A stretch of 64,000 nucleotides of DNA, from assembly GCF_009914755.1 (NCBI RefSeq), contig NC_060930.1. The stretch is one strand, 5' to 3'. A program made the position numbers and the translations under genes. The notes beneath the pieces are model-generated. The model did not search any database. It was not told the origin of the DNA and saw only the letters and a list, made by a program, of their open reading frames with translations. The DNA comes from the human T2T-CHM13v2.0 reference genome, Homo sapiens. Every line of letters begins with the position of its first letter. Within the stretch, counting starts at the first letter, position 1. This document shows positions 42,555 through 55,118 of the stretch, one piece after another.

Positions 42555-44439
42555 GAGCTTCTTTATATGTTACTACTTTCTTTTCTCTTGCTGTTTTTAG
42601 AATCCTTTCCTTATCCTTGACCTTTGAGAGTTTGATTATTAAATGTCTGGAAGTCATCTTCTTTGGTTTAAATCTGCTTGGTGTTCCATAATCTTCTCGT
42701 ACTTGAATCATTAATACCTCTCTCTAAGTTCTTGTACTTGAATATTAATACCTCTCTCTAATATTAATAGCTCTAAGTTTGGAAAGTTCTCGGTTATTAT
42801 GTCTTTGAATAAACTTTCTATGCTGATTTCTTTCCACCTTCTCTTTAAGGCCAATAACTCTTCGATTTGCCCTTTTGAGACTATTTTCTAAATTTTTAGG
42901 CGTTCCTCATTCTTTATGAAGACTTTTTTTTATATGCATAGTTGTTCAATTTGGTGTTCCTGAAGGGTGGGTGGTAGGCAATAACTTGAATATTCTGTTC
43001 AGCCATCTTCTATAAGGAATTATTTGTATCATTATAACCCAGGAACATTTTCCCCAGAATGAAAAATAATGCCAAAAAGACACCAAGACCATGGTTGTCT
43101 GCCAGCGTCAGGACGCTGAGACAGGCTTTCAGAAACAATGCAGTCCCAGGAAAAGACAGTGCCCTGCTTTGGTGTCTACGACTCCCAGCAATATTTGCAT
43201 TTTTCATTAAGCCTCGTGATCCTAAACTAGAACTAGAGCGCACTGTTTCTAGAACAATTGTCTTAGAAATTTAACAATGCAATAATTCATTGATTACTAT
43301 GTAATCAATTAATTATATAATTTCTCTGTACCGTTACTGGGCACCTTCTCCACAATTTACTGTGGAATTGATATATGTATTCTAAATACAACATGACAAA
43401 TTAATGAACACATTTTAAAAGATATACAAAGTTTGATTTAATAAAGTTTATACTCTTCCCCCTTGGATGTCAGGTAGGTCTGACTCTGATAATGTAGTCT
43501 CAAAACCCTGCAGAGCAGTAAAGGTAAAAGGCACAGCACTTTAAGGAAGGGTATTCTATGGGCCTTACCTATTTTGTCATTTTTCTGGAAAGTTTTTCTG
43601 AAATTAGTTTCTATGAACTCCTGTGTTTGCAAAGTATTAAGGTTTTTTTGTTTGTTTGTTTTGCTTTGTTTTTAAAATTTTTAAGTGAAGTCATGAGTGA
43701 AATGGATTAGTTAATACTTTAAGGAGACACCTAGATGAAGAACCAGTGAAATGCTAACAACATTTGAGCCAAGATGTAGGTTATAATTTGTACTTAAAAA
43801 TAAAACAGCTGCAGAACCATTTTTACTTGCCTCACATTTCACCTTAGTAAAAGCATACAATAATATTGACAATTTAAAACATAATAAAGAAACTTGTACT
43901 CAATTACATCTAAGGATTCTTATAAGGAGAGGAAATGGAGAATAATACAGCTACTCATAATAAGCTAAAATAATCTGCTTTGGTCATGGCATCTAATTGA
44001 ATGAACATATTTTAATATATATTATATAGATAATTTCTTATAATTAATAATCATTATAAATATGTTTCATATAAAGTTATATATATAATTCATGATTGGC
44101 AGTTTATCATTAGGTCAGAATGTATTACTCATCTATAAAATATCAAAAAATAGCAAGCCTTGTATTTTGATTCAACTTACTAGAACAGATCTGTTCTGTT
44201 TCAGATTTTTATAATACAACTTACATCAGTTTAATATTTTTGAAGTATTCATATTTTTAGGGGCCTACTTATTATATCAATTGAGAGAAAAGTGAATTTT
44301 GTATATACCTATATTATAGCACCTGTTATATCATAATGGATTTGAGCTCCTGAAGTTGAGTAAAATATTTGCATTAAAGGTTACCATGCCTGGTAAGTAA
44401 GCAATACATTTTGGTTTAGTAAAAGCATAATCATATTCT

Positions 44440-45500
44440 TCCTTGGAATCTGCTAGATTTGGATGATAGAAAATTTCAGTGTATAGTTGATTCTCCTGTG
44501 AATTTTATTGACTGGCTGGGGATACTAGACCTATACATGAAGCAATGAGGAAACCACATAAAGCTGCATATAGACTCTTGACATCTCTGAGAGAACTGTC
44601 TTGAGTTCTGTTTGACCCTCCAGATTGGCAAGAATTTACATGTACAGCAGATGTTATTTTTTACATGGGATAAAAATTGTATTACTTTAAAAATGACTGT
44701 AAATGTGAATATAAGCAGAGAAGTACAGTGCTGGCCAATTCACTCACTAGCAAGTGACTCACTAGCCCACACCAGCCTCAAGGCATATGTCATTCAAATT
44801 TACGTTTCACAAAATTACAAGGGAACTTACATGAACTTTTGTGTTCTTGAAGAAGGTCAAAACTGGTAATATAAATAAGAGAATACCTATGGTTAATGCA
44901 TGGTCAAGCATGCCCTTTAGTTACAGGAATCAGAAGAAGGGGTAGTCAAATATGGTTGGGCTAGTTATTAGTTGTTCATGGAAAAGGGAAGTATAGAGTA
45001 GCCTCAGGAGAAATAGGCAGAGAGAGAATTTCATATAGATAAATTAGCATAACATAGGATTAAACATTGAAATGAGAATAGTGTGCTCATGGAATAATAA
45101 AAAAAACAATCTAATTCAAGCAGAAGGTAGACATATGAAAAAATGGAAAATAAGGTCAGAAAAAAATTTTCTGCATAACCATTTTATGCAAAAGCAAACA
45201 AATAAACGTTAATGTTAATTTGGGAAATTCAGACATCAGGGAATCACTGTTGGTTTTCTAGCAAGGTAAAATGATATAAGCAAATAGTGTTTTAGAAACA
45301 GTAAACCAACGTTGATGAGCAGAACAGGCTAAAAAGATTAAAATTTCACAGCAGGAATAATCATCAGGAAGCTCTGTAGTGACGTTAAACTGTGGGCAAT
45401 GGGAAATGAAGAGGCATGTACAAGTCTAAAAAATACTTAAATGATATGTTGCCACAACTAAAGAATAGATATGAGAAAGTAGAGGCAAAAGTGCCGAAAA
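44440..45500 (-). repeat. Degraded L2-like fragments
   Basis: Purine-rich L2-antisense-like motifs; boundaries uncertain. Confidence 0.35.
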
Positions 45501-48500
45501 ATTGTTTTTAAGTCAAATTCCTCAAGTATCCGAAACATTCTTCTGAATAAATTTGCAAATATAAACGCATTTTACTTATATTTGCAAATATTTCATTCAA
45601 ATAAATTTTGTATTCTTATATCATATTACTTTCAATCCTTCTATTTTTATGGTCTATAATTTGACATCACTTTTTTTTTAACTGAAGGAAGGCAAACTTT
45701 TTTTTTTAATAATGCAAGCCTCATCCTCAGTGATAGAAAGCAATATTAATATGTAAAGTTAATACAATGCAAAATGGTGTTCTTGATTCAAAGTGTCAAC
45801 CAGCAGTGGAGAGCAGGGAGGTCATTAGCCAGATGACAGATATTAATAAAATTGATAGATTTAGGTCTTTGCTGAAAATGTGTGTGGAGGGGCATGGGGA
45901 GGAATGCTTGCTAAAACATCTGCTCAGCCACAACATCCAGCAAGAGTAATAAGAAATGAACAGGAAAGAAAGATCTGAAAAAGCATGCACACTATATGTC
46001 TTAAACCTCAGAATCCCTGAGTAAGCTTTTGCTACTTGACTTTAGCACTCTTTCTTCAAGGCGACTACTGTGAACCCAGCAGGAATTTAAGACAAAGAGG
46101 AATTGGAGAAAAGACTTGAAAGATCTTAACCTGGTAACCAGAAGTGATAAATGACATTTCTAAAATGACTAAAATGTTTCTTCCCAACATTCCTGCAGTT
46201 GAGATGTCCATGATAATGAATATGTACACATCAAATATCTTTCCCACATAGATCAGTCTGTTAATATGTTTCCCAAATTCTTAGAACTTTACTTGATTGA
46301 AACAATAAGAACCCTTGTGGCACACTGAGTAAATTATTCACCCATATTTGGTCCGTTATTCAAATCTTGGAAATAGAAGATCCCTCAGAAGAGAATTTTA
46401 GTCTCTAGAAGATGTTTTACTTCCTTTGCTCACTATTTAATTGGGCCTTTTGTGAATAAAATCAACACTGCTTAATGTGAGGATGGAAAATCGTACTCTA
46501 TAAAAGAAATTTAAAGAAAAGGATTTCTAAATACTCTAAAAGCAACTGAGACAGCTTATTATTGGTTAAGGCACACTCATCTTGATTTTTCAAGTAAATA
46601 AATCCCTGAATATAAAAACTCAAAATCTCCCTAAAGGACAGTTGGTTGTGCCTATAAACTGAAAATAAAGTGACTTAGACAAAACACTTAGAACTATATT
46701 GTCTGGACAGACAAAATGACCTGATTCGTATAGATGTTTTTCATGTCATTCTCAAGAGCTCTGAGTAACTTACAGAAAAAAAAAATCATATGCCCATGAC
46801 AACAAAAATAGAAAAAATCAAGTATATATGGAACTTATTTAAAGTAAAGCTTATCTCTCTGTCCATATCTAATGGTAGGGTAAATAGACAACTGAAACTT
46901 AGCTTTGAATTATACACACTTATATCACTAAGAGAAACATCCATCGGGTCAAGCCCTAACCCTTAGTATGAAACATTGCAGAACTAGGGACTGTCAAAAA
47001 TTAGTTATGGCCAAGACCTGACTGTTTTGAGGGCCAAGCCAAGAATTCTAGATAAAAAAAAAAATTCTTTTATTTTAATGGAATATACCACCTACAAACA
47101 AGGGATTAAGTTTCATATGTATTATATTTAATATTCTGTAGTTGAACAGATTAGCTTACAAATTAATAAAGACTATATACTGTCTGTCCAAGGTGCAAGC
47201 TAGTCATCATTTAGATGCCATTCTTACTGATAGTTGATTTTTGCTTTCGCTTAAGTTTGTGGAGAAGGTGCTGCATTATATTGAATAATCTGCCAGGCAC
47301 CTTCAGCAGGATTTCTCCTTTATGACAGCACTATGAGAATGGGACAAGAAAGAAAGAGTAAAGAGAGCTCAAGTGGTAGGACAGAGGGCATAAAAGAAAA
47401 ATTCATTGTTCCAGCCCTATTGATGCTGGCCATTGCTGAACACAAAGAATAGTGACATTGAATAAAAAATGTGACCAGAGAAGTAGAGTTAAAGTTCTGG
47501 GCACTTGGTAGCGGCCATGAGAGTTGAACACAGAAGCTGCTCTGGGAACCCAGTCTTGTCTTCCAGCATCGCCCACCCTCTGACCCAGATATTAGCCTAA
47601 TAAGAAGTAGCTGGAAGTCCTCCAGCAGCATAATGAACCTCTGGTGTTTCCACTCTGAAACACTGAAAATATCAGTCTCATGATCAAGTATAGCACTAGA
47701 TTTTAGGGTACTTGTTTCATTTTCACAAGTGATTAATAATATGACCTAGGACATCACACAGAACCCAGTCCTACACACATATTAATAAAGTAGAGACCAC
47801 CTCAAAAGGGAATATAATTAAGGAATGATTAAAAACATTTTAAACTAGAAAAAAAGCCAACATTTTAAAGCATATTTTGAATGCTGATGTGTTCAAAATA
47901 TCCTGCAAGTATTATGGAGGGTATATGTAAACATTCAGGTAAAGATCAAGATGGAACATCAACAGAACTTTGAAGGTTAATATGAAAAATGAGTAAAATG
48001 TACAGTAACTTGTTCTCACTAAGAACAAAGGGTCTAAGTTTCCTGGCTATACCAGTGGCAACTCACTCAAATTTCCATATGTCCTTATTACTATACATGC
48101 TTTGTTTCCAGTGTTACAGCTGGACTCACAACCTAAATCTTTTAAATTCAATTGCTGGTAAGCTAAATAACTTATGGCTTAGTGTAAGGATTCATATTTC
48201 TTAACTCTAAGCAATGAGCTGTTGCCTGTGGGCATGTGTTAAACTAACATATGAGTAATATGCCTCTGGAGAGTGCAAACAAAGGAGGCATCTTGCATTC
48301 ACACCAGGTCCCCCATGCATTTTTCTCATTGCAATTACAGGCAAAATGGTATCACTTTTAAATCTATATAATAATAAAGAAAAAAGTTTAGGGTCAAAGT
48401 GATGAACTGTTTAACAAATTTAATAAAATGAAACAAGCTCTGTGAAAAAGGTAGATTGAAGAGAGAGTTCCTGGTATCATTATTCACTTCTGACAGACCC

Positions 48501-48770
48501 ACCTGGAGTATAGGACGGTACAAAGGGCTTCCTGCAGTGATATAACCTTTTAAAACCTTGAGTTAGTTGTCCCTCCAAAGTCTAAATAAGTGTGATAATA
48601 AAATTACTTCCTCCACACAATACATTTGAAGATTGCCTTTTTAAAGAGCCAGCTAAAAAATAAAAACAAATGGAGCATTATTTTTGATATACATATTCAA
48701 GGAATTCCTTCTATTTTCGAAATACCTTATTACCATTTAAGATGTTTCAGCCAAGGAACTAGCATACATC

Positions 48771-49212
48771 TGTCAAAGAGAAAATAACAACAGTATAGCT
48801 ATAGACTTGACGAGCTTTTATTTGAGATTCATAAATCGGCACAGTCTCCATTCTACAGAACAAAATGAGAGCTCCCTCTGAGCAATGGTAGATTATAGGG
48901 TTTGTAAAGTGGTGATAAGGAAGCAGAATATAGAAAACAAAAACAAAAACCAACATTGGTGAACATCAGGTTACTTCGGGTTACTTTTTATAATAATTAA
49001 AGCTGAGGGGAATAACATATTATGCTGTGGTAGACTAGAATCTCATGTTCACGAAAAATTGGTCTGTTTTGGGATTTATTTGCTTTCTTAATGTTTCAGT
49101 TCGATTATGTGGCATTTAACATCAGCAACTCCCTTTTGACTTGGCTTGATTTGTTAGGGCCTGGTGTATAAGCTCAATCCAAAACAATGGTCTCTCTTAA
49201 TTTCATTTAATA
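48771..49212 (-). mobile_element. MER67-like ERV1 LTR
   Basis: Reverse complement begins ttaaatgaaatt...ccattgttttggattgagct...aatgccacataatcgaactgaaac...cccaaaacagacca and ends ...tttgaca. Confidence 0.65.
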
Positions 49213-49332
49213 CACTCTTCTGAGTAGAGATCATATCTAGTCATAGGCCTCCTGTATTCTTCCTAGAATAGTGAATGCTCAGCATGAACATCAAAATTAT
49301 ATACATTCCCCTGGTCTTCCTTCTATAATTTG

Positions 49333-49335
<3 letters not shown>

Positions 49336-49372
<37 letters not shown>

Positions 49373-49396
49373 CTGTGTGTGTCTGTGTGTGTGTGT
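49336..49396. repeat. (TG)n microsatellite
   Basis: Direct sequence. Confidence 0.95.
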
Positions 49397-49746
49397 TTCC
49401 CATCAGCATTAAATTGATATCATAGATACATGTATGTACAGCATATTTAATGGAATTATTCATTAGAGAATGAAGACTAAATCATTGTCACAACAGTGGC
49501 TTTGTAAATCCAAGAGGAAGGGCACTAAGAAAATATGTAAGAGAAGATCCACAATGGATGCCCAAAACATAATTTGTATTATCCATATTACTGTCAAATG
49601 TTGAAACTACAAAACTCACTTTGAACATGATCTAAATAGCTGTGACCCTAGAATTTGATGCTATAATAAATGATAAAATTAAGTCTCCATTGCAATTGTG
49701 ATAATAAACCAAACTGGCAGAATAGGATGGGGACAAGGTGATATTA

Positions 49747-50075
<329 letters not shown>

Positions 50076-50189
50076 CTATTTTAAGAAAGAGTTTAATATG
50101 CAGCTTCCAAAACTACCTCAAATGACAAAAGCTTAGTTTAGACAGAAGCTAGCTAGTTTAGAGGCAAACCTAAAAAACAAAAACAAAAC

Positions 50190-51200
50190 AAAAAATACTT
50201 TCAGTCTGAAATGAGTCCTGGATTCTTTTATTTTCAGACTTTGTTATGTTTTGAAAGTCATGTTGTCTTCTTGAAAACTTCATTTACTCATTTATATAAT
50301 GTAGATAAGGCTGCCTAATCCACAGGATTCTTAGTCAAATGACAGGAGATATGCCAAGTGAAGAAATCTGTTTTCATATGTTCCTAACCTTGTTTTGTTT
50401 TAGGTAGCTTTAAAAAATATATACAGTAAAAGAGATAAATTAAATAGTTTAGGGAATTAAGATAAATAAAAAATGGAAACAGGAGAATAAAGCCAAGAGT
50501 ATAATAAACACTAAATTTATACCATATGGTTCTAAATATTGCTAAGAATAACTTGCAAATTTAAATCTATGTGTCCTAGCAGCAGCCCAGGCAAACACAG
50601 GAAAATGACAATATTTACACATCTGACAGATAAACAGACTAATTATTTAGTTACTATGGTATCATTCTATAAACTCTAGTTATAATTAGTAATAATTGTT
50701 TAAACTTTATTTGCTTTAGTTTTCTTATTCATGAAATGATGGTATTTATACTTGCTGCAAAGAAATGTTGAACTATTAAATTAAGTAATTCATGTGACTG
50801 ACATATAGTGCCATCTCAATAAATGTTAGCTACTATTATTATTCCTAATAACAAAAACAGCATAACCACTACCATTACTGATAACATTTTTGCTGCTACT
50901 AGCAGGACAGTACCTTATTAGCAAACATTTAGTGAGCACTTATTATGTACCAACACCTTGCTAAAATAGTTATTTCATAAATTCTTTATTCTGTGAATAT
51001 TTATTGAACGTCTACTAGATGGCAGCACTATTCTAGACACAGGAAATGCTTTCCAAACACCATGTTTCTGAACCAAATACTCATATTTCTTGTCTTTCTG
51101 GAGCTAAAATTCCACTGGAGAAGACAGGCATATTTATTTTTGTTTATTGATAAGGAAATAGAGATGAATAGTCTATGAAAGAGCATATCATAAAGACAGG
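50190..51200. repeat. Cluster of MIR (+) and L2 (-) fragments
   Basis: cttagttttcttattcatgaaatg...catatagtgccatctcaataaatgttagctactatt (MIR 3' end); atatttattgaacgtctact...gcactattctagacac (L2 3' antisense). Confidence 0.55.
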
Positions 51201-51421
51201 CAGTGCTGGAACTAGAACTTAAGTTGCTGCTCTCCACACATAAGCACCATACACTCTAATTTGTTTAAGTGTTTTAAGGTTATAATCTCCTAATAATCAC
51301 ATAAATGTTCTCTACTCTCAGTTTTATTCTAGTTTTCCTTCACTAGTTGCATAAACTAGGGAAAAGAAGGATAATGACAATGAAAATTATGAAGGAGAAA
51401 GAAAAGAAAAAGAGAAACGTG

Positions 51422-51740
<319 letters not shown>

Positions 51741-51814
51741 AAGAAGAAGAGAAAGTGGATAAGAAGAGGAGGAGGGGCAGGTGGGAGATAAGAGGAGGAG
51801 AAATAATGGGAGGA

Positions 51815-53370
51815 GGAATTTGGCAGTGTCTCCAAAAGTTGAAGATGTTCATGCAATACTCCAGTAATTTAACTTCTCAATACATACAAATAACAAACAA
51901 ACTAAATGTGCATTAACAGGATAACAAGTAAATGAATTTCATTTATTCATTGAAAATTATGCCCAAAACTAAAAGCTAATGACAATAACTAGACGCTTGC
52001 CTACTACAAGAATGAATCACATAAATATAATATATACAAAAAAGAAGACATAGAGGAGTACATACAGCATCATTCTTTTATTAAGCTATACAACTTGTGC
52101 TGTATAAAGAAATATATTAATTAATTAGTTAATTAATTTAAATTAATAAAAACATAAAAATGTAAAACCTCACATTCAAGATTGTGTTATCACTAGCACT
52201 ATAATGAGGTGTAAGAAAGAAAGGAGAGAGTGATATTTGAGAAAAGAGAAAGCCCTTCAAATGCATTAGTGATATTGTATCACCATTGTAGGCACATGCT
52301 ACATTATTCTTTAAAACATTATCACATCCTTATTTGTATTATATCATATATATTTGTGACATATATTATATTACAAAATTTGTATTTTATGTATTATATA
52401 TACTATTTAGTGTAATATTTTAAAATTTTACTTCTATGAACTAAAGTTTATCTTTCTGTTGTTTGAATGGAATTCTCCAAACCCACGATTGACTTAAAAA
52501 TATTTTTGGAAAGACACAGTTTTCATATGTTCAAAGATGTCCACTATATCCTTATATTTTGTGTATAAATCAAAACTTAATAACTAATAAATTCACATTG
52601 ATGAAAGAGTGGGTGAAAGAATCAAAAAATGTCTAAATCAAAATATAAAGCCATTAAGAAATAAATTAGAGTAATATCACTTTATTTGGAGAGATTTTCA
52701 CAAGATATTACTGAGCAATTATTAAAACATACAAATATGATAAATAGGAAACCAGATAAATTTTTGGTAAAAAAAAACAGTAACAAAAACTATGTATTTA
52801 TAATTGTATATATTATGAGCTATTATAAAAGACAGGAAGGAGAGGGGAAGCAAATAATAAGGAAAAAGAATGAATAATTTTTAAAGCTAGCATGTGTTGT
52901 ATAATTTCTTATATATAATTAATTTTCTATTTATATGCATTAATGAATTAGAGCAGCAACAGGTTAAAATTTGATCTACTGACCAAAAAGGTGGGCCCAT
53001 TTACTAAGTGAAAAAGCAAGTTGCATAGTAATAGGTATATTAAAGACAATATCTATAAATAACAACAAATGATAAAAATGTTATGTACGTGTGTGTGTGC
53101 CTGTGTGTGTGTGTGTATTCACACACATGCACAAATAGATATGCTTTTCTGATCAAGGAGAAATAAGTACAAGGATATACTCTGTAGTTACCCTAGGAAA
53201 ACAGAATTGGAAGAAGGGAGTAGGAAAACAGTAGGGAAAACACAACTGGAATAGAGAGTAGGGAAATGAATAAATTTATTTTTGTATATCTTCCAATTAT
53301 TTCAGCCATTATAATAAATACGTATTCTATAACTAGAAAACATCAAATGCAAAAATATCGTTTTGTAAAA
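51815..53370 (+). mobile_element. Old L1ME-type 3' fragments
   Basis: aatttggcagtgtctccaaaagttgaagatgttcat; ctaagtgaaaaagcaagttgca. Boundaries approximate. Confidence 0.45.
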
Positions 53371-53480
53371 GGGAAGAAAATCAAATCTGTTTCCTAGCAA
53401 TTGTATTTCTGTTTTGATGGCTAAAACAATCCTTGTAATTTTAAATTTATAAAGGTATTTCACATTCCCTCATAATTTTC

Positions 53481-53504
53481 TTTTTTTTTAATTTTTTTTT
53501 ATTT

Positions 53505-53535
<31 letters not shown>

Positions 53536-53981
53536 TTTTTTATTATACTTTAAGTTTTAGGGTACATGTGCACATTGTGCAGGTTAGTTACATATGTATA
53601 CATGTGCCATGCTGGTGCACTGCACCCACTAACTCGTCATCTAGCATTAGGTATATCTCCCAATGCTATCCCTCCCCCCTCCCCCCACCCCACCACAGTC
53701 CCCAGAGTGTGATATTCCCCTTCCTGTGTCCATGTGATCTCATTGTTCAATTCCCACCTATGAGTGAGAATATGCGGTGTTTGGTTTTTTGTTCTTGCGA
53801 TAGTTTACTGAGAATGATGATTTCCAATTTCATCCATGTCCCTACAAAGGACACGAACTCATCATTTTTTATGGCTGCATAGTATTCCATGGTGTATATG
53901 TGCCACATTTTCTTAATCCAGTCTATCATTGTTGGACATTTGGGTTGGTTCTAAGTCTTTGCTATTGTGAATAATGCCGCA
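53481..53981 (-). mobile_element. L1PA2/3 5'-truncated 3' end
   Basis: PolyT/(TTTA)n tail; ORF2 C-terminus ...KHRIFSLIGGN; 3'UTR carries GAG (gatgacGAGttag) and acttaAagtat, so it is not Ta. Confidence 0.93.
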
Positions 53982-54249
53982 CTTAATCAGAATTAGAAAA
54001 AGATATAGCTCTTTTAATGGACTGATTAACAATAATATAAAATTATGAGTCAATCTGAATGAATTTTTTATGGCTGCTTTTAAAAAAAATTTATGGGTAT
54101 GTATAGGCATATATATTTATGAGATACATAAAATATTTGAAACCAGCATGCAATGCTTAATAATCACATCATGGGAAATTGGTTAGTCATCCCCCTCAAG
54201 CATTTATCCTTTGTGTTACAAACAATCCAATTATACCTTTTAGTTGTTT

Positions 54250-55118
54250 TGTTTTTTAAAACTTCTACTTTACGTTCAGGGGTACATGTGCAGGCTTGTT
54301 GTAGAGGTAAACTTGTGTCACGGGGTTTTGTTGTACAGATTGTTTTGTCACCCAGGAACTAAGTACTAAGCTTAGTATCCAATAATTATTTTTTCTGACC
54401 TTTTCCCCCATCACCTTCCACCCTCAAGTAGGCCTCACTGTCTATTGTTCCCCTCTTTGTGTTAATATGTACTCATCATTTAGCACCCACTTATAAGTGA
54501 GAATATGCAACATTTGATTTTCCATTTCTGCATTAGTTTGCTAAGGATAATGGCCTCCAGCTCCATCCACGTTCCTGCAAAGAACATGATCTTATTCTTC
54601 TTTATGGCTGCATATTATTCCATGGTGTATATGTACCACATTTTCTTTATCCAACCTATCATTGATGGGCAGTTAGGTTGTTTCCATTTCTTTACTATTG
54701 TGAATAATATAGCAATGAACATACACGTACATGTATCTTTATGAAAGAATGATTTATATTTTGTTAGGTATATACCCAGTAAAGGGATTGCTGGGGTGAA
54801 TGGTAATACTGTTTTTAGCTCTTTGATGAATTGCCACACTGCTTTCCACAATGATTGAACTAATTTACACTTCCACCAATAGTGTGTAAGTGTCCCCTTT
54901 TCTCCGCAACCTTGTCAACATGTTATTTTTTGACTGTTCAATAATAGCTATTCTGACTGGTATAGATAGTATCTCATTGGGGGTTTGATTTGCATTGCTT
55001 TCTAGTTGTTTTCTAGTTCTGTGAGTAATGTCATTGGTATTTTGATAGACATAGCATTGAATTTGTAAATTGCTTTGGGCAGTGTGGCCATTTTAATGAT
55101 ACTGATTCTTCCTATTCA
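54250..55118 (-). mobile_element. L1PA15/16-like 3' fragment with internal deletion, nested in the L1MA 3'UTR
   Basis: ttcaggggtacatgtgcaggcttg...ccctcaagtaggcc; ORF2 C-terminal remnant 54615-54851; jump to upstream ORF2 sequence at ~55000; host resumes at taaattattattg. Confidence 0.85.

Larger units (their letters stand above)
30820..43010 (-). mobile_element. L1MA3/4-like LINE-1 hosting several later insertions; pieces 30820-32591, 33056-34822, 39866-39898, 40183-40267, 42555-42915 and 5' end 42933-43010
   Basis: L1MA 3'UTR at 30830; minus-strand ORF2 remnants (31165-31717, 32278-32502); ORF1 antisense pieces rejoin across the Alu and THE1 TSDs; 5' end revcomp gaagatggctgaacagaat. Confidence 0.85.

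Noticed and set aside
45760-46260. Possible lncRNA exons with splice-like signals
   Set aside because: Scattered AG/GT motifs at chance frequency; no coherent exon chain or recognisable protein from sequence alone.
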